A stretch of DNA of 63,378 nt, filler included, from Stramenopiles sp. TOSAG23-3 (Eukaryota), in assembly GCA_900128585.1 (NCBI GenBank). It is 10 parts of 10 records of this genome, joined end to end, with 100 filler letters (N's around TTAATTAATTAA, not from the genome) between each part and the next. Parts side by side here need not be neighbours in the genome. Positions count along the whole stretch, not along the records: positions 47,445 to 56,795 come from LT642927.1; positions 56,896 to 58,441 come from LT645703.1; positions 58,542 to 60,087 come from LT645704.1; positions 60,188 to 61,733 come from LT645705.1; positions 61,834 to 63,378 come from LT645706.1; 5 more parts are not named here. One strand, 5' to 3'. Positions 54,274-63,378 of the stretch are shown here, piece by piece. Below the pieces are notes generated by a model that worked only from the letters and a program-made list of their open reading frames with translations, made no database searches and was not told the origin of the DNA. Both the position numbers and the translations under genes were made by a program. Numbering within the stretch: position 1 is the first letter of the stretch; the number at the start of each line of letters is the position of its first letter.

Positions 54274-56238
54274 TTACTTTTTCATTCCCATCCCGGAATT
54301 TTCAAGTTGCTGTTGGCTGATTTCATTGCTCATGTCCGTCCCATAAAAGTTCCACACACATATGCAACAGTCAGACCCGACAGACACGATTTGCCTCTCG
54401 TCCGGACTCCATTGCAAACTAAGGACGTTGTTGGAATGACCGATCCCAACAGCAACCAAAGATTCACTACGAATGTCATACACCTTGGCTTGGTTGTCTT
54501 CTCCGCAAACGGCGACGTAGCGCCCAGATGGAGACATGGCAACGCGGTTCAGCCGCATTCGGTTCGGGTCCAATATGTTCTGGACCGGGGCGGGCTCGTC
54601 GCAGTCCCAGAACAGAATCCTTCCGTCGGTTCCCGCGGTCACCAACTCCAACTCATTGTCCGTCCGCTGCGCCAACGAGGTGAACCACCCGTCCGTGTTG
54701 CCACTCAACTGGTGGATGACGGTGCGCTTCTCTCGCTTCAAATCGTACGTCAACAACGACCTATCCGCACCCGCAGAATGGATCAGATGGTCCTGGCCGA
54801 TGTCGATAGACACGGCCATGACAGGCTTTTGGTGCTCTGCAAACTGAATGAGCAGGTCTTGCCCCGTGCGCTGCCAGACCCGAACGCACTTGTCGTCCCC
54901 TCCGGAGACGATGTAATTGGCGCTCTCGGCAACCGCGCGAGTGTATCCACGGTGGGCGTTCGCGCGCTCCCACATTAGCGCCCCGTTGCTCGCGCTGTGA
55001 GCCCGAATCGCACCGCTCTTCCACCCCGAGATCACAGAGTCGTCCGATTTAGCAAAGACGAGGCAGGACCCCTCGTCGTGGTCGACGTTGATGGGGCAGA
55101 TGACGGAGTAGTCGCTCAGGTCCCAGAGTCGGATTTGGCCGTCGACAGACAGGGTGCTAAAGATGTCGCTTCGGGCCCCAAACGAAATGTCCACGACTTG
55201 GTTTATGTGCGAGGCGTTCAACTGCGCCACGCTCATGTCGTCGATCAGCAGTCGGTACATGTTTCCCGCGTCCGTCCCCACCAAAATGTCCAGGGCGTCC
55301 GGGGACAGGGACAGGGAGATGACGCGCCCTTCGAACTGGGCCTCCCCCTCCAGCGTCCAGCGCTGGTCGTAGCCGCGGAGCTTCTTCACCGTCCCGTCGC
55401 CGCTCCCACAGAACACGAAGTCTGGGGAGGCACATATGGACAGGACGCCGCCGGTGGAGATCCCAACGCTCGCGCGGTACACCCGCTGCTCGATGTTGAA
55501 AATGCACATGTCGCTCACGCTCGTCCCAGAGATGAAGGAGGTCTGCCCGTGGTCGACGCGCACGCAGGCCACGACGTAATCGCGCACCAGCCCCGACGCC
55601 GGCAAGGAGCATTTCTCTGTGGCCATCATGTAGGCCATGTTGACTACTTGGTACTCCAAGACGTTCACAAACACTTGGTTGTTGGTCGCGGTTACGAGGG
55701 TGTAGACCGGTCGGCGACCGCTGGTGTCGACTGCCGTCCACGTGATGCTCGTCACCGGCTTAATGTACTTCTTGGAGGCGACGACTTCCCCGGTCTGCAT
55801 GTCCCACACGTAAAAGGAGTTGTTGCTCCCCCCCGTCGCGGCGAGGAACCTCGCGTCCGCGCTGAAGGCCAAGTTTTCGACCCCTTGCGTGATCCCTAGA
55901 AGCTGGTACACATCCCTCCGCCCTTGGGTATCCCACACTATAACAGGGGCATCGTAGCCTTTATGGAGCACGCTTCCAAGCTGGCCGGACGCAACGAGCC
56001 CCCCGTCGGTCGAAACGGCAATCGCACTAATTTCGTTGTCGTGGCCCCGCAGGAAATCTTGCTGGTGAGCGTCTTGCAAATTTTGAATAACTACCACCGC
56101 GCCCATCCCGTACACTATCGTGTTCGGCTGCGTGGGATGGTAGTGCAACGTATTGCCCGCCTTTCCAGTGTAACCGATCACGTGCTCCAACTCCATGACG
56201 TCTTCTCCTACCAGGCCTGATTCTGCCATTTCGCTCAT
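54274..56238 (-). CDS. CFAP52: Cilia- and flagella-associated WD40 protein CFAP52/WDR16-like
   Basis: It shows LEHVIGYTG...LHYHP, QDFLRGH, ASGQ...APVIVWD, multiple WD repeats and the C-terminal GIGHS...WSPD..QIVSVG. Confidence 0.85.
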   Translation of the reverse strand: MSEMAESGLVGEDVMELEHVIGYTGKAGNTLHYHPTQPNTIVYGMGAVVVIQNLQDAHQQDFLRGHDNEISAIAVSTDGGLVASGQLGSVLHKGYDAPVIVWDTQGRRDVYQLLGITQGVENLAFSADARFLAATGGSNNSFYVWDMQTGEVVASKKYIKPVTSITWTAVDTSGRRPVYTLVTATNNQVFVNVLEYQVVNMAYMMATEKCSLPASGLVRDYVVACVRVDHGQTSFISGTSVSDMCIFNIEQRVYRASVGISTGGVLSICASPDFVFCGSGDGTVKKLRGYDQRWTLEGEAQFEGRVISLSLSPDALDILVGTDAGNMYRLLIDDMSVAQLNASHINQVVDISFGARSDIFSTLSVDGQIRLWDLSDYSVICPINVDHDEGSCLVFAKSDDSVISGWKSGAIRAHSASNGALMWERANAHRGYTRAVAESANYIVSGGDDKCVRVWQRTGQDLLIQFAEHQKPVMAVSIDIGQDHLIHSAGADRSLLTYDLKREKRTVIHQLSGNTDGWFTSLAQRTDNELELVTAGTDGRILFWDCDEPAPVQNILDPNRMRLNRVAMSPSGRYVAVCGEDNQAKVYDIRSESLVAVGIGHSNNVLSLQWSPDERQIVSVGSDCCICVWNFYGTDMSNEISQQQLENSGMGMKK

Positions 56239-56717
56239 ACTCTTTATTTCTTCGTACGTACCAGCAGCACTTGTTTCCCAACGGTTGCAATGGACTAAAT
56301 GAACTATAAACTATTCCAAGGAACAATATACGTGTATGTATATGTATATATATTAATGGTATTGCAAGCCTTTGTATAATCCAAGAACAAAATGTATCTA
56401 ATGGTTTGAAACGTTTTCACTTGTGTCTTTTTTTTCATTCCTTTCTTTCTTTCTTAAAATTATTACCTACGTTTCTTACAAAATAATGTAAAATCATCAT
56501 CAAATTTTATTTTTCTTCTTCTTCTTCTTTGTTTGTTGTTTTTATATTATATAAATAATATTAAAATAGAGATACGTAAGAATAAGAAGAACAAAGAAAT
56601 TAAAAAAAACGGCCTTTTTTTCTTCTAAATGATAATATTATATATATGCACACAGCATGAAATAAAAATGATCTTGTCTATATTTTATTTAATTAAAGGG
56701 AAGTCAATGCCAATTGC

Positions 56718-56720
56718 ATT

Positions 56721-56795
<75 letters not shown>
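56718..56795. repeat. (TTTC)n microsatellite at a contig end; similar tracts at 18996-19100 and 37826-37873, and (AAT)n at about 15210-15241
   Basis: The tandem repeats are directly visible. Confidence 0.95.
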
Positions 56796-56895
56796 NNNNN
56801 NNNNNNNNNNNNNNNNNNNNNNNNNNNNNNNNNNNNNNNTTAATTAATTAANNNNNNNNNNNNNNNNNNNNNNNNNNNNNNNNNNNNNNNNNNNN

Positions 56896-58064
56896 TCCAT
56901 ATACCGCTTGTGCCACAGCTCTCGAGCATGATACTGAATGGAGGCAATGCACATGATTTGGAGCATGAAAGATCCAACGCCACCTTTGTACGTTTCGTTT
57001 AGTTCTCTTTGAAGCAAAAAATACTTTAACACCAAGATCATGGGCCGCAGGCCTGGGACATTGTCTAGCATTGAGCGTATCAAGCGCCCCATGTTCGGCC
57101 CGGAGGGTTGGTCAAAGCACACGTCTGCATGGGTTCCATTTTTGTGAGTAAACTTTACGATTGGAACACGAGCTTTATCAATGACTTCCAAGTACTGAAC
57201 CACGCCACGGCGTTTTAACTCTTTGGCCAGACTGAAAAGAGGTGCCGTTTTCGAGCCGCTTTTAGCTATTGCGCCAAAAATTACAATATCTACGTCGCTT
57301 TTCGGCAAACACAGACCTGTCAAGAAAGAACCAAAAATGTCAACCTTAACGCTTTCCCCGTAAGCCCTGGGCCACAGCTGTTGGCAAACGCTCTTCACTT
57401 CTTCAACTACTTCCTGCCGGCCCAGTGTTTCCCGTTCCGTTGGCTCAATAAGCTTCGCAAAATCTAATATTTCACAATGCAGGCGCAAATTTGGGTTCAT
57501 GGGTAACGTGGACTTTCTCCTTTTTGCAGCCACACTTGCCGTGCTGCCAGAGTTACGACCCCGCTTTTTGGAAGACGTTGCGGATGGGCTGGTTGCGAGG
57601 GTAAGTGTGTCCTGTTCCGCATCACTCAGCCGGTTCTCAACGCTGCCTGCTTCGTCTTTCTTCACACTCTTCATTTGGCCAAGGGGCGAGAGCTCCAAAA
57701 AATCGGGGCATTCTGCTCCCTTTTGGGGCCCCGCTTTCTGAATTGACCTTAACAAGTCCCGGACAGTGCTCCCTGCAGCAGCGATCAGCGGCGTTTCTTC
57801 CTCAACGCTTGATCTACTCGCACCGGGCCCACTCTCATCCGCAAACAATTTTATATAATTTGCTGGGAAGATACCCATCACCGACGTGTTCTCGGCCGAG
57901 CACCCATGATACCACCCCTGACTCTCACTTACAACATTTACAGTCTCATTACATTTCAACGAAAGCTGCATTTTCCCAATTTTCCCAAGCTTCCCCTCGG
58001 CGGGAGTAAATGAGTACATTGCGCGCCCGGTACGGTTCAACGCAACCCAATCTAACTTGCTCAT
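56896..58064 (-). CDS. SH3 domain + TRF4/TENT4-type non-canonical poly(A) polymerase, 3'-truncated
   Basis: SH3: AMYSF...LSL...GWYHG...GIFPANYI. Nucleotidyltransferase: LHCEILDF, FGSFLTGLCLPKSDVD, KARVPIVKF, LKYFLLQRELNETYKGGVGS. Confidence 0.85.
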
Positions 58065-58541
58065 ATGGAAGAAGCCGCGCTGTTAACTAATCTACTCGCA
58101 GATTGTTCAAAAATCGAAAAAACTATCCTTCACAAAGTTACTATAAATGTACTCCTGCTCTCTAAAAACTACGCTATTATTACCAAGCTCTCAGAAACAT
58201 CTTCTTCATATTTTATCTCCTTTTTTCCTAGAAAAATAGTATTCGCGAAATCGGAAGAAGAAATGGAGAAAATGGATGGTGGTCGGAATGATGAAAAGAA
58301 GAAGAAGAAAGAAGGTTGGTGTCCGTCTGTCAATCATCAGGATGAAGTTATAAGGGAGATAGGGAGGCTTTTCAAAATAGTAAGGTATTCAATATCGATA
58401 TTATCCTGGTTTTATCACATCGCTATAACTACATTCAATACNNNNNNNNNNNNNNNNNNNNNNNNNNNNNNNNNNNNNNNNNNNNTTAATTAATTAANNN
58501 NNNNNNNNNNNNNNNNNNNNNNNNNNNNNNNNNNNNNNNNN

Positions 58542-60087
58542 GGTTTTCTATCGTCAGTTGGAGGACGCCCATGACCGCGAGGATATTACTAATTGACGGG
58601 GCCGTGCTGCCTGCGGTCCCGCAGCTGAACATGAATATGATGTAGAATGCCGAACTTGCACACATCGACGATGCCGCTACCAGTTCAGTGACCGAGAACA
58701 GAATGTACTGCGCCTTGATAAACTCTTCGTAAGCCGTTACCAGCTTCTTGTACGAAAGGTCCGCCAAAGCATATTCTGCGCGTTCCCCCTGATAAAAGGC
58801 GATTGATTCTGCAAATTCACTACTGCGAGACACGGTTCTCCTTAAGTTGCCCTCGTGCATGTTCAATTTGTATTTCAAACTAGTCACCCGTTTCATGAGA
58901 ATCCAGATAAGAACGAGGATTGCGCTGGCGTAGACAAATGTTATGATCAACACCTTGACCGTCACAACGCCTGAGAAAGTGGTGAGGAGAAGCACGGCCA
59001 CAGCGCCTAGCATCCCACCGTATCCAAACAGGTGATTGATCATTTCTTCCGTAAATTGCTTTACGTCCATTGCTATACGTTGGTCCACGTTGTCCACCTC
59101 TGAAGTTAAATGGTTGATTGTGTACACATTTTCATTGTTCAAGTACATTTGTTGAAAACGATTGACCAATTTTTTCCTCCACAACAGGCCGATACGTTTC
59201 GAAAGCCACAAGGAGAAGCTGTAAGTTGCCCCCATGACCCCGATGACAACTCCGTACTGAAACAAATCGCCGGACACGCCGGACCCTGTCGAATATTGTT
59301 CGAGTAGCCCGGGACGCAGTTTCCCAGTAATGAAGTTTATGTTCAGCACAAAATATAGCAGCTGGAGCGAGACCGCCAAAAACGCAGCCATGGACTGCTT
59401 CGTGCACACCCCCGGGAATCCGGCCCGTACCATGTACCATAGGCGGAAGGCCACCACAGAGGACCTTCTTTTTTGGCAGCACATTCTGCGAGGACTTTGG
59501 TGGCCTGGAACCCCATCGCTGACCGCTGAGTCCAGAGGGGCCACGGCCTCAGACCGTAAGCTTGACTGATCTGCATCATGGCGGAATCGGCCTCCGTGGC
59601 TATCCGGCGGAAGTTGTGCGGACACCGGTGGTGGGGCTTTCCAGTCCGGAACTTCTTCAATACTGAAACCGCATTTCCCATCAAGCCGTAAGATCGTTTG
59701 GTGGTACTTCAGAAGCGTAGAACGGTGGCCCACGGAGACACAGGTGACGCCGTACTGGGCACAGAGCCTCATGCAAATGTCTTCCAGTTTCTCATCGAGT
59801 GCTGAAGTCGCTTCGTCCATGATGCAGAAAGTTGGGCGATGGTACAGCACCCGAACAAAAGCGATTCGTTGCTGTTCGCCACCGCTGAAGATATCGCACC
59901 AGTCGCCGCACGTGTCGAGATCGTAGTCCTTTAGAATGTAGCCAAGGCCGACTTTGCGGACCAATTCCATAAGCAATTCGTCACTTTCGTACGCATAATT
60001 CTCCAACGATTTTGGGTATACCAGCTGCTCCCGAAGAGTTGTGAGCGATAGGTAGGGTCTTTGGGGTAAAAAGAGGACCCCCCCCCC
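58542..60087 (-). CDS. ABCD-family (peroxisomal-type) full-size ABC transporter, internal fragment (end of NBD1 + TMD2)
   Basis: It shows FLPQRPY, LREQLVYP, FSGGEQQRIAF, DEATSALD and SVGHR, then NVDQRI..DV and the EAA-like EFAESIAFYQG. The frame is open at both contig ends. Confidence 0.9.
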
Positions 60088-60863
60088 NNNNNNNNNNNNN
60101 NNNNNNNNNNNNNNNNNNNNNNNNNNNNNNNTTAATTAATTAANNNNNNNNNNNNNNNNNNNNNNNNNNNNNNNNNNNNNNNNNNNNGAGTTTGGGTTCT
60201 TGAACGGTTTTACCTTCTTTTTTCTTTTCTTTTTTGACTTAAAACATACTATATATAATTTGTGTTCATAAATATGATAAATTTAAAAATTAAAAAAATG
60301 GTTGTGTTTTATTTTTATTTACTTAAAGCACTATCATATTCATACTTCTCGTATCATAGTAATTAAAATTTATCTTCCTCATTTACCGCGAAAAGAAATC
60401 TGCTCCTTTTGTCCATTAAAGGTTTACGTTCCTTCATTGTACACAGCGAACTTATCTCTGCTAATGTGATTTTACTTCAATATATCATACCCTTATCATT
60501 TAGGCTTGACTATCATTCTCAGGTGTGCCCCATTCACGACCCGAATCGATGTTTGGATTTGCGACGATGTCAAATGACCCGTAGTCAACTTCTAATTGCT
60601 AATGTTTTATAAAATTCTTCATTTCTTAACTATATGACAATATGAGATATATAAGAACTCACTACTAAGATTTTTCTTTACGTTTTTCTTTTTAATTCTG
60701 ATATAAAAATGTAAAATAATACACGTAGTCCTTCTTCGAGCGTTTAAAGTATGGGGAAGGTTCTCTGTTGCGCGTTGAATTAGTTAAATTTAACAACTCA
60801 AACAATCAAGGAAGTTGATTTGCGCCTCCCTCAAAAAAATTACTTTTTTGAATTCCAGAAATT

Positions 60864-61433
60864 TCAGCATGTGGGTTGAAAGAATCCACCCGACAAAAAG
60901 CGATGGTAAAAGTATTTGAATTCATTTCCACCTTTCGTCTGCACAGCGAAGAAAGGCCATCGCCGGTAAGGATGTGATTCTAACTGCGCCATGGCCACGT
61001 CGCAACCTTTTTGCTCCCCTGCGAGAATCCTCATAGCAAAAACGGGATGGACAAAAAAAAGACAGGCGGGCAACAATGACCGAAACGTCCATAACTGAAC
61101 TTCAACCACCGACCCGTGGTGCCTGGTATCAAGGTACGCAACCCTTGCAGCGTAATTCTCTAGCGCCCCCCCAGCAACCCCTATCCCAAAACACGCAAAT
61201 CTACCTTGTGGCAAATACAATGGCCTGTTGATGAACTGGTGCAGCAGAAGGCCCAGCCGCTTTTGAATGACAAGATGAATACGGGGTAAAATCGTAGCGC
61301 AAACAATAGCGGAAGACACGCAACGAAACGCTAGTCGGTTTTCGTCCCCACAACCGTATTCAAAGTACCAACTCGGGGGACCCTTGAAGAATCCCGTCCG
61401 GAACTGGTCCTTAAAGTCTGCAAAACGTGGCAT
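60864..61433 (-). CDS. Hypothetical protein
   Basis: It is the longest ORF in the GC-richer part of the contig, with an ATG at 61433. No motif was recognised. Confidence 0.4.
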   Translation of the reverse strand: MPRFADFKDQFRTGFFKGPPSWYFEYGCGDENRLAFRCVSSAIVCATILPRIHLVIQKRLGLLLHQFINRPLYLPQGRFACFGIGVAGGALENYAARVAYLDTRHHGSVVEVQLWTFRSLLPACLFFVHPVFAMRILAGEQKGCDVAMAQLESHPYRRWPFFAVQTKGGNEFKYFYHRFLSGGFFQPTC

Positions 61434-62182
61434 TGTATGAGAACAGTCCGTAACCCAATTTTTACCGTACACTGCCTCACCCCTTTACACAGTCGTCCAA
61501 TTTCAAAAAGCACGATCGTGCATGCGTGGGGGGAAAGTCGAGTTGAACAATTATTTATAATTCAAACCATACCTATCTTCGTGCTAACCATTTTATTTGT
61601 AATTTTTATACTGTTCAAACTGTTAAAAAAAGGGAAAAGAAGATCAGCCATCGTAAGAAAAGAAGAACGTAAGCTGCTCTACATCTGCTCTTCAATCAAC
61701 GCAACAAACGGCAGGCATCATGTAATTTTAATCNNNNNNNNNNNNNNNNNNNNNNNNNNNNNNNNNNNNNNNNNNNNTTAATTAATTAANNNNNNNNNNN
61801 NNNNNNNNNNNNNNNNNNNNNNNNNNNNNNNNNAAAAGAAAAGAAAAGAAAAAAAGAAAAGAAAAGAAAAAAAGAAAAGATATATAAATAGTCCTATCAT
61901 ACATAATAATATTTTTTACTACTAACCACAAAGTAGAGAGTAGTAGTATTTTATATAATAAAAAATTTAAAAAAGGAATAAATATTTTTTTAATTATATA
62001 TTATTTTTTACATGATTTTTTTAAAATGGTAATTTGTTAGAAAAAGATTGCATTTAAATATTTATGAAACTTAACTCCTTCACGTTTACTTTAATTGTTC
62101 GTTTGATTGAGTTAACGTTGCGACATACACAACAGAACGGTCGAGTCCCCCCACTCTCTCCCGCGCGCTCAAGCCTTCTACT

Positions 62183-63244
62183 ATGCCCATTGGAAAACCC
62201 GGTCCAAAGAGGGAAATTAAGCCAGAACGGTCGTTCTGGCTTGTCCTCGACGACCCGTGCGGCCTTACCTGCGCGATTATTACCTACTTTGTAGTCTTCT
62301 TTGTGGATTACATAACCGTCCGCCGCGTTATAGTTCCGTCGTACTTTAACCCTTCCGACTATCGCTATGGAATTGTACACTTTTTGTTCTTCCAGTCCGT
62401 TATTGGTCTAATTTGCTGGTCTCACTTGAAGTGCATGCTGAGCAACCCAGGCACCTTGACGCGCGTGTGGCCCAGCGCCGTGATGGACAAGGTTTGTCAG
62501 ATTAAGGAGGCTCAAAAGGACCAAGAAGAGCGAAGAAAGAAGCACGGGTATCTGGACGAGAAGCGGATATACGTGCCCTGGTGCTCTAGATGCGACAATT
62601 ACAAACCAAAGCACACGCACCACTGCAGCCAGTGCGGGACCTGCGTGGAAAACATGGACCATCACTGCCCTTGGATGAACAATTGTGTAGGCAAGCAAAA
62701 CCACAAATTTTTCATGCTTTTTCTGCTGTACGTTGGCACGGGCTCCCTGTATTCCATATGCATGACGGGCGTGCGGCTCTACTCCTGCTACAGGTACAAA
62801 AATGCCGGGGCAGTCGCACTGAGCATCTACACAAGGCTGCAATGCGCCGGCAGCTCGGCGCCGTTTACGATCGTCGGGTACATTATGAGCATCATATTTT
62901 CCTTTCTTTTTTGTTTGTTTGTAACGTGCATGTGCTGGGAACAGTTGGAAGAAATCGGCGATGTGACTACAATGATTGAGAAGAAGAAGGGAATGGAAGC
63001 AGAGCGCCGCGGTGTCGTGAAAGGCCTGGAGGTCGTGTTCCAAGAGGAGAGGTCGTACAGGTGGTTGCTCCCGTTGCGCCCTAAAGAAATGCTCGATAGC
63101 TTTCCACGGTACGGGGATATTGTGAAAACGTACGGGTGGTCGTCGATCGTCATCAGCAGTGTTTTCTTAATGGTCATGGCGTATTGGTCAGATCTGCTCA
63201 TCAGGCTCTTGGTTATAAAGTACAGTAGAAAGTTCTCGAACTAA
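62183..63244 (+). CDS. DHHC palmitoyltransferase (ZDHHC3/7-like)
   Basis: It has DPCGLTCA, CSRC...KP..THHCSQC..CVENMDHHCPWMNNCVG..NHKFF and flanking TM helices. Confidence 0.95.
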   Translation: MPIGKPGPKREIKPERSFWLVLDDPCGLTCAIITYFVVFFVDYITVRRVIVPSYFNPSDYRYGIVHFLFFQSVIGLICWSHLKCMLSNPGTLTRVWPSAVMDKVCQIKEAQKDQEERRKKHGYLDEKRIYVPWCSRCDNYKPKHTHHCSQCGTCVENMDHHCPWMNNCVGKQNHKFFMLFLLYVGTGSLYSICMTGVRLYSCYRYKNAGAVALSIYTRLQCAGSSAPFTIVGYIMSIIFSFLFCLFVTCMCWEQLEEIGDVTTMIEKKKGMEAERRGVVKGLEVVFQEERSYRWLLPLRPKEMLDSFPRYGDIVKTYGWSSIVISSVFLMVMAYWSDLLIRLLVIKYSRKFSN

Positions 63245-63378
63245 AAGGATGCGTCGAGCTGATAAACGCCGTGTGAGTTTGCAAAAATATTTTATCACTA
63301 TTTAAAAACAAGAAAAATTGGCTGTTATTTTATAGTAATTAAAATTAAAGAAAAAAGAAGGTGTCAGTTCAAGAACAA

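Noticed and set aside
54208-55899. Long antisense ORFs opposite CFAP52 (and similar ones opposite other genes)
   Set aside because: They are shadow ORFs of GC3-rich coding sequence with no recognisable motifs. The plus-strand ORF at 48601-49110 is the exception and is explained by the inversion.
7676-56238. Apparent cluster of flagellar/centrosomal genes
   Set aside because: They lie on different concatenated contigs, so their proximity is not biological.
58542-60087. ABC protein with NBD before TMD, suggesting a scrambled order
   Set aside because: This is expected for the middle of a full-size TMD-NBD-TMD-NBD ABCD transporter cut at both contig ends.

Overview
This window is ten separate contigs, sorted by decreasing length (about 9.4 kb x6, then about 1.55 kb x4) and joined by 100-nt artificial spacers (N44-TTAATTAATTAA-N44). 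Gene neighbourhoods therefore mean something only within a contig. Most of it is nuclear DNA of an intron-poor flagellated protist (stramenopile-like; this is inferred). Single-exon, GC-richer ORFs sit in very AT-rich, low-complexity intergenic DNA and include MORN1, CFAP52, CYB5D1, LEKR1, an Sfi1-repeat protein, a septin, a Munc13-like protein, an ABCD transporter, a DHHC enzyme and a TRF4-type polymerase. Contig 2 (9504-18895) differs and looks like a mobile or virus-like patchwork. It encodes an 830-aa fusion of a helicase-associated DNA-binding domain, a TET-associated glycosyltransferase and a TET/JBP-type dioxygenase, a candidate one-protein base-J-like DNA hypermodification system. It also carries a SET + ADD/PHD gene, an iteron-like repeat region, a 122-bp inverted repeat and captured gene fragments. 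A second striking feature is an ankyrin-TRAF zinc-finger gene whose middle 456 bp are cleanly inverted between CCAG/CTGG microhomologies; flipping the segment restores one continuous reading frame. All family assignments are by motif recognition, and no searches were run.
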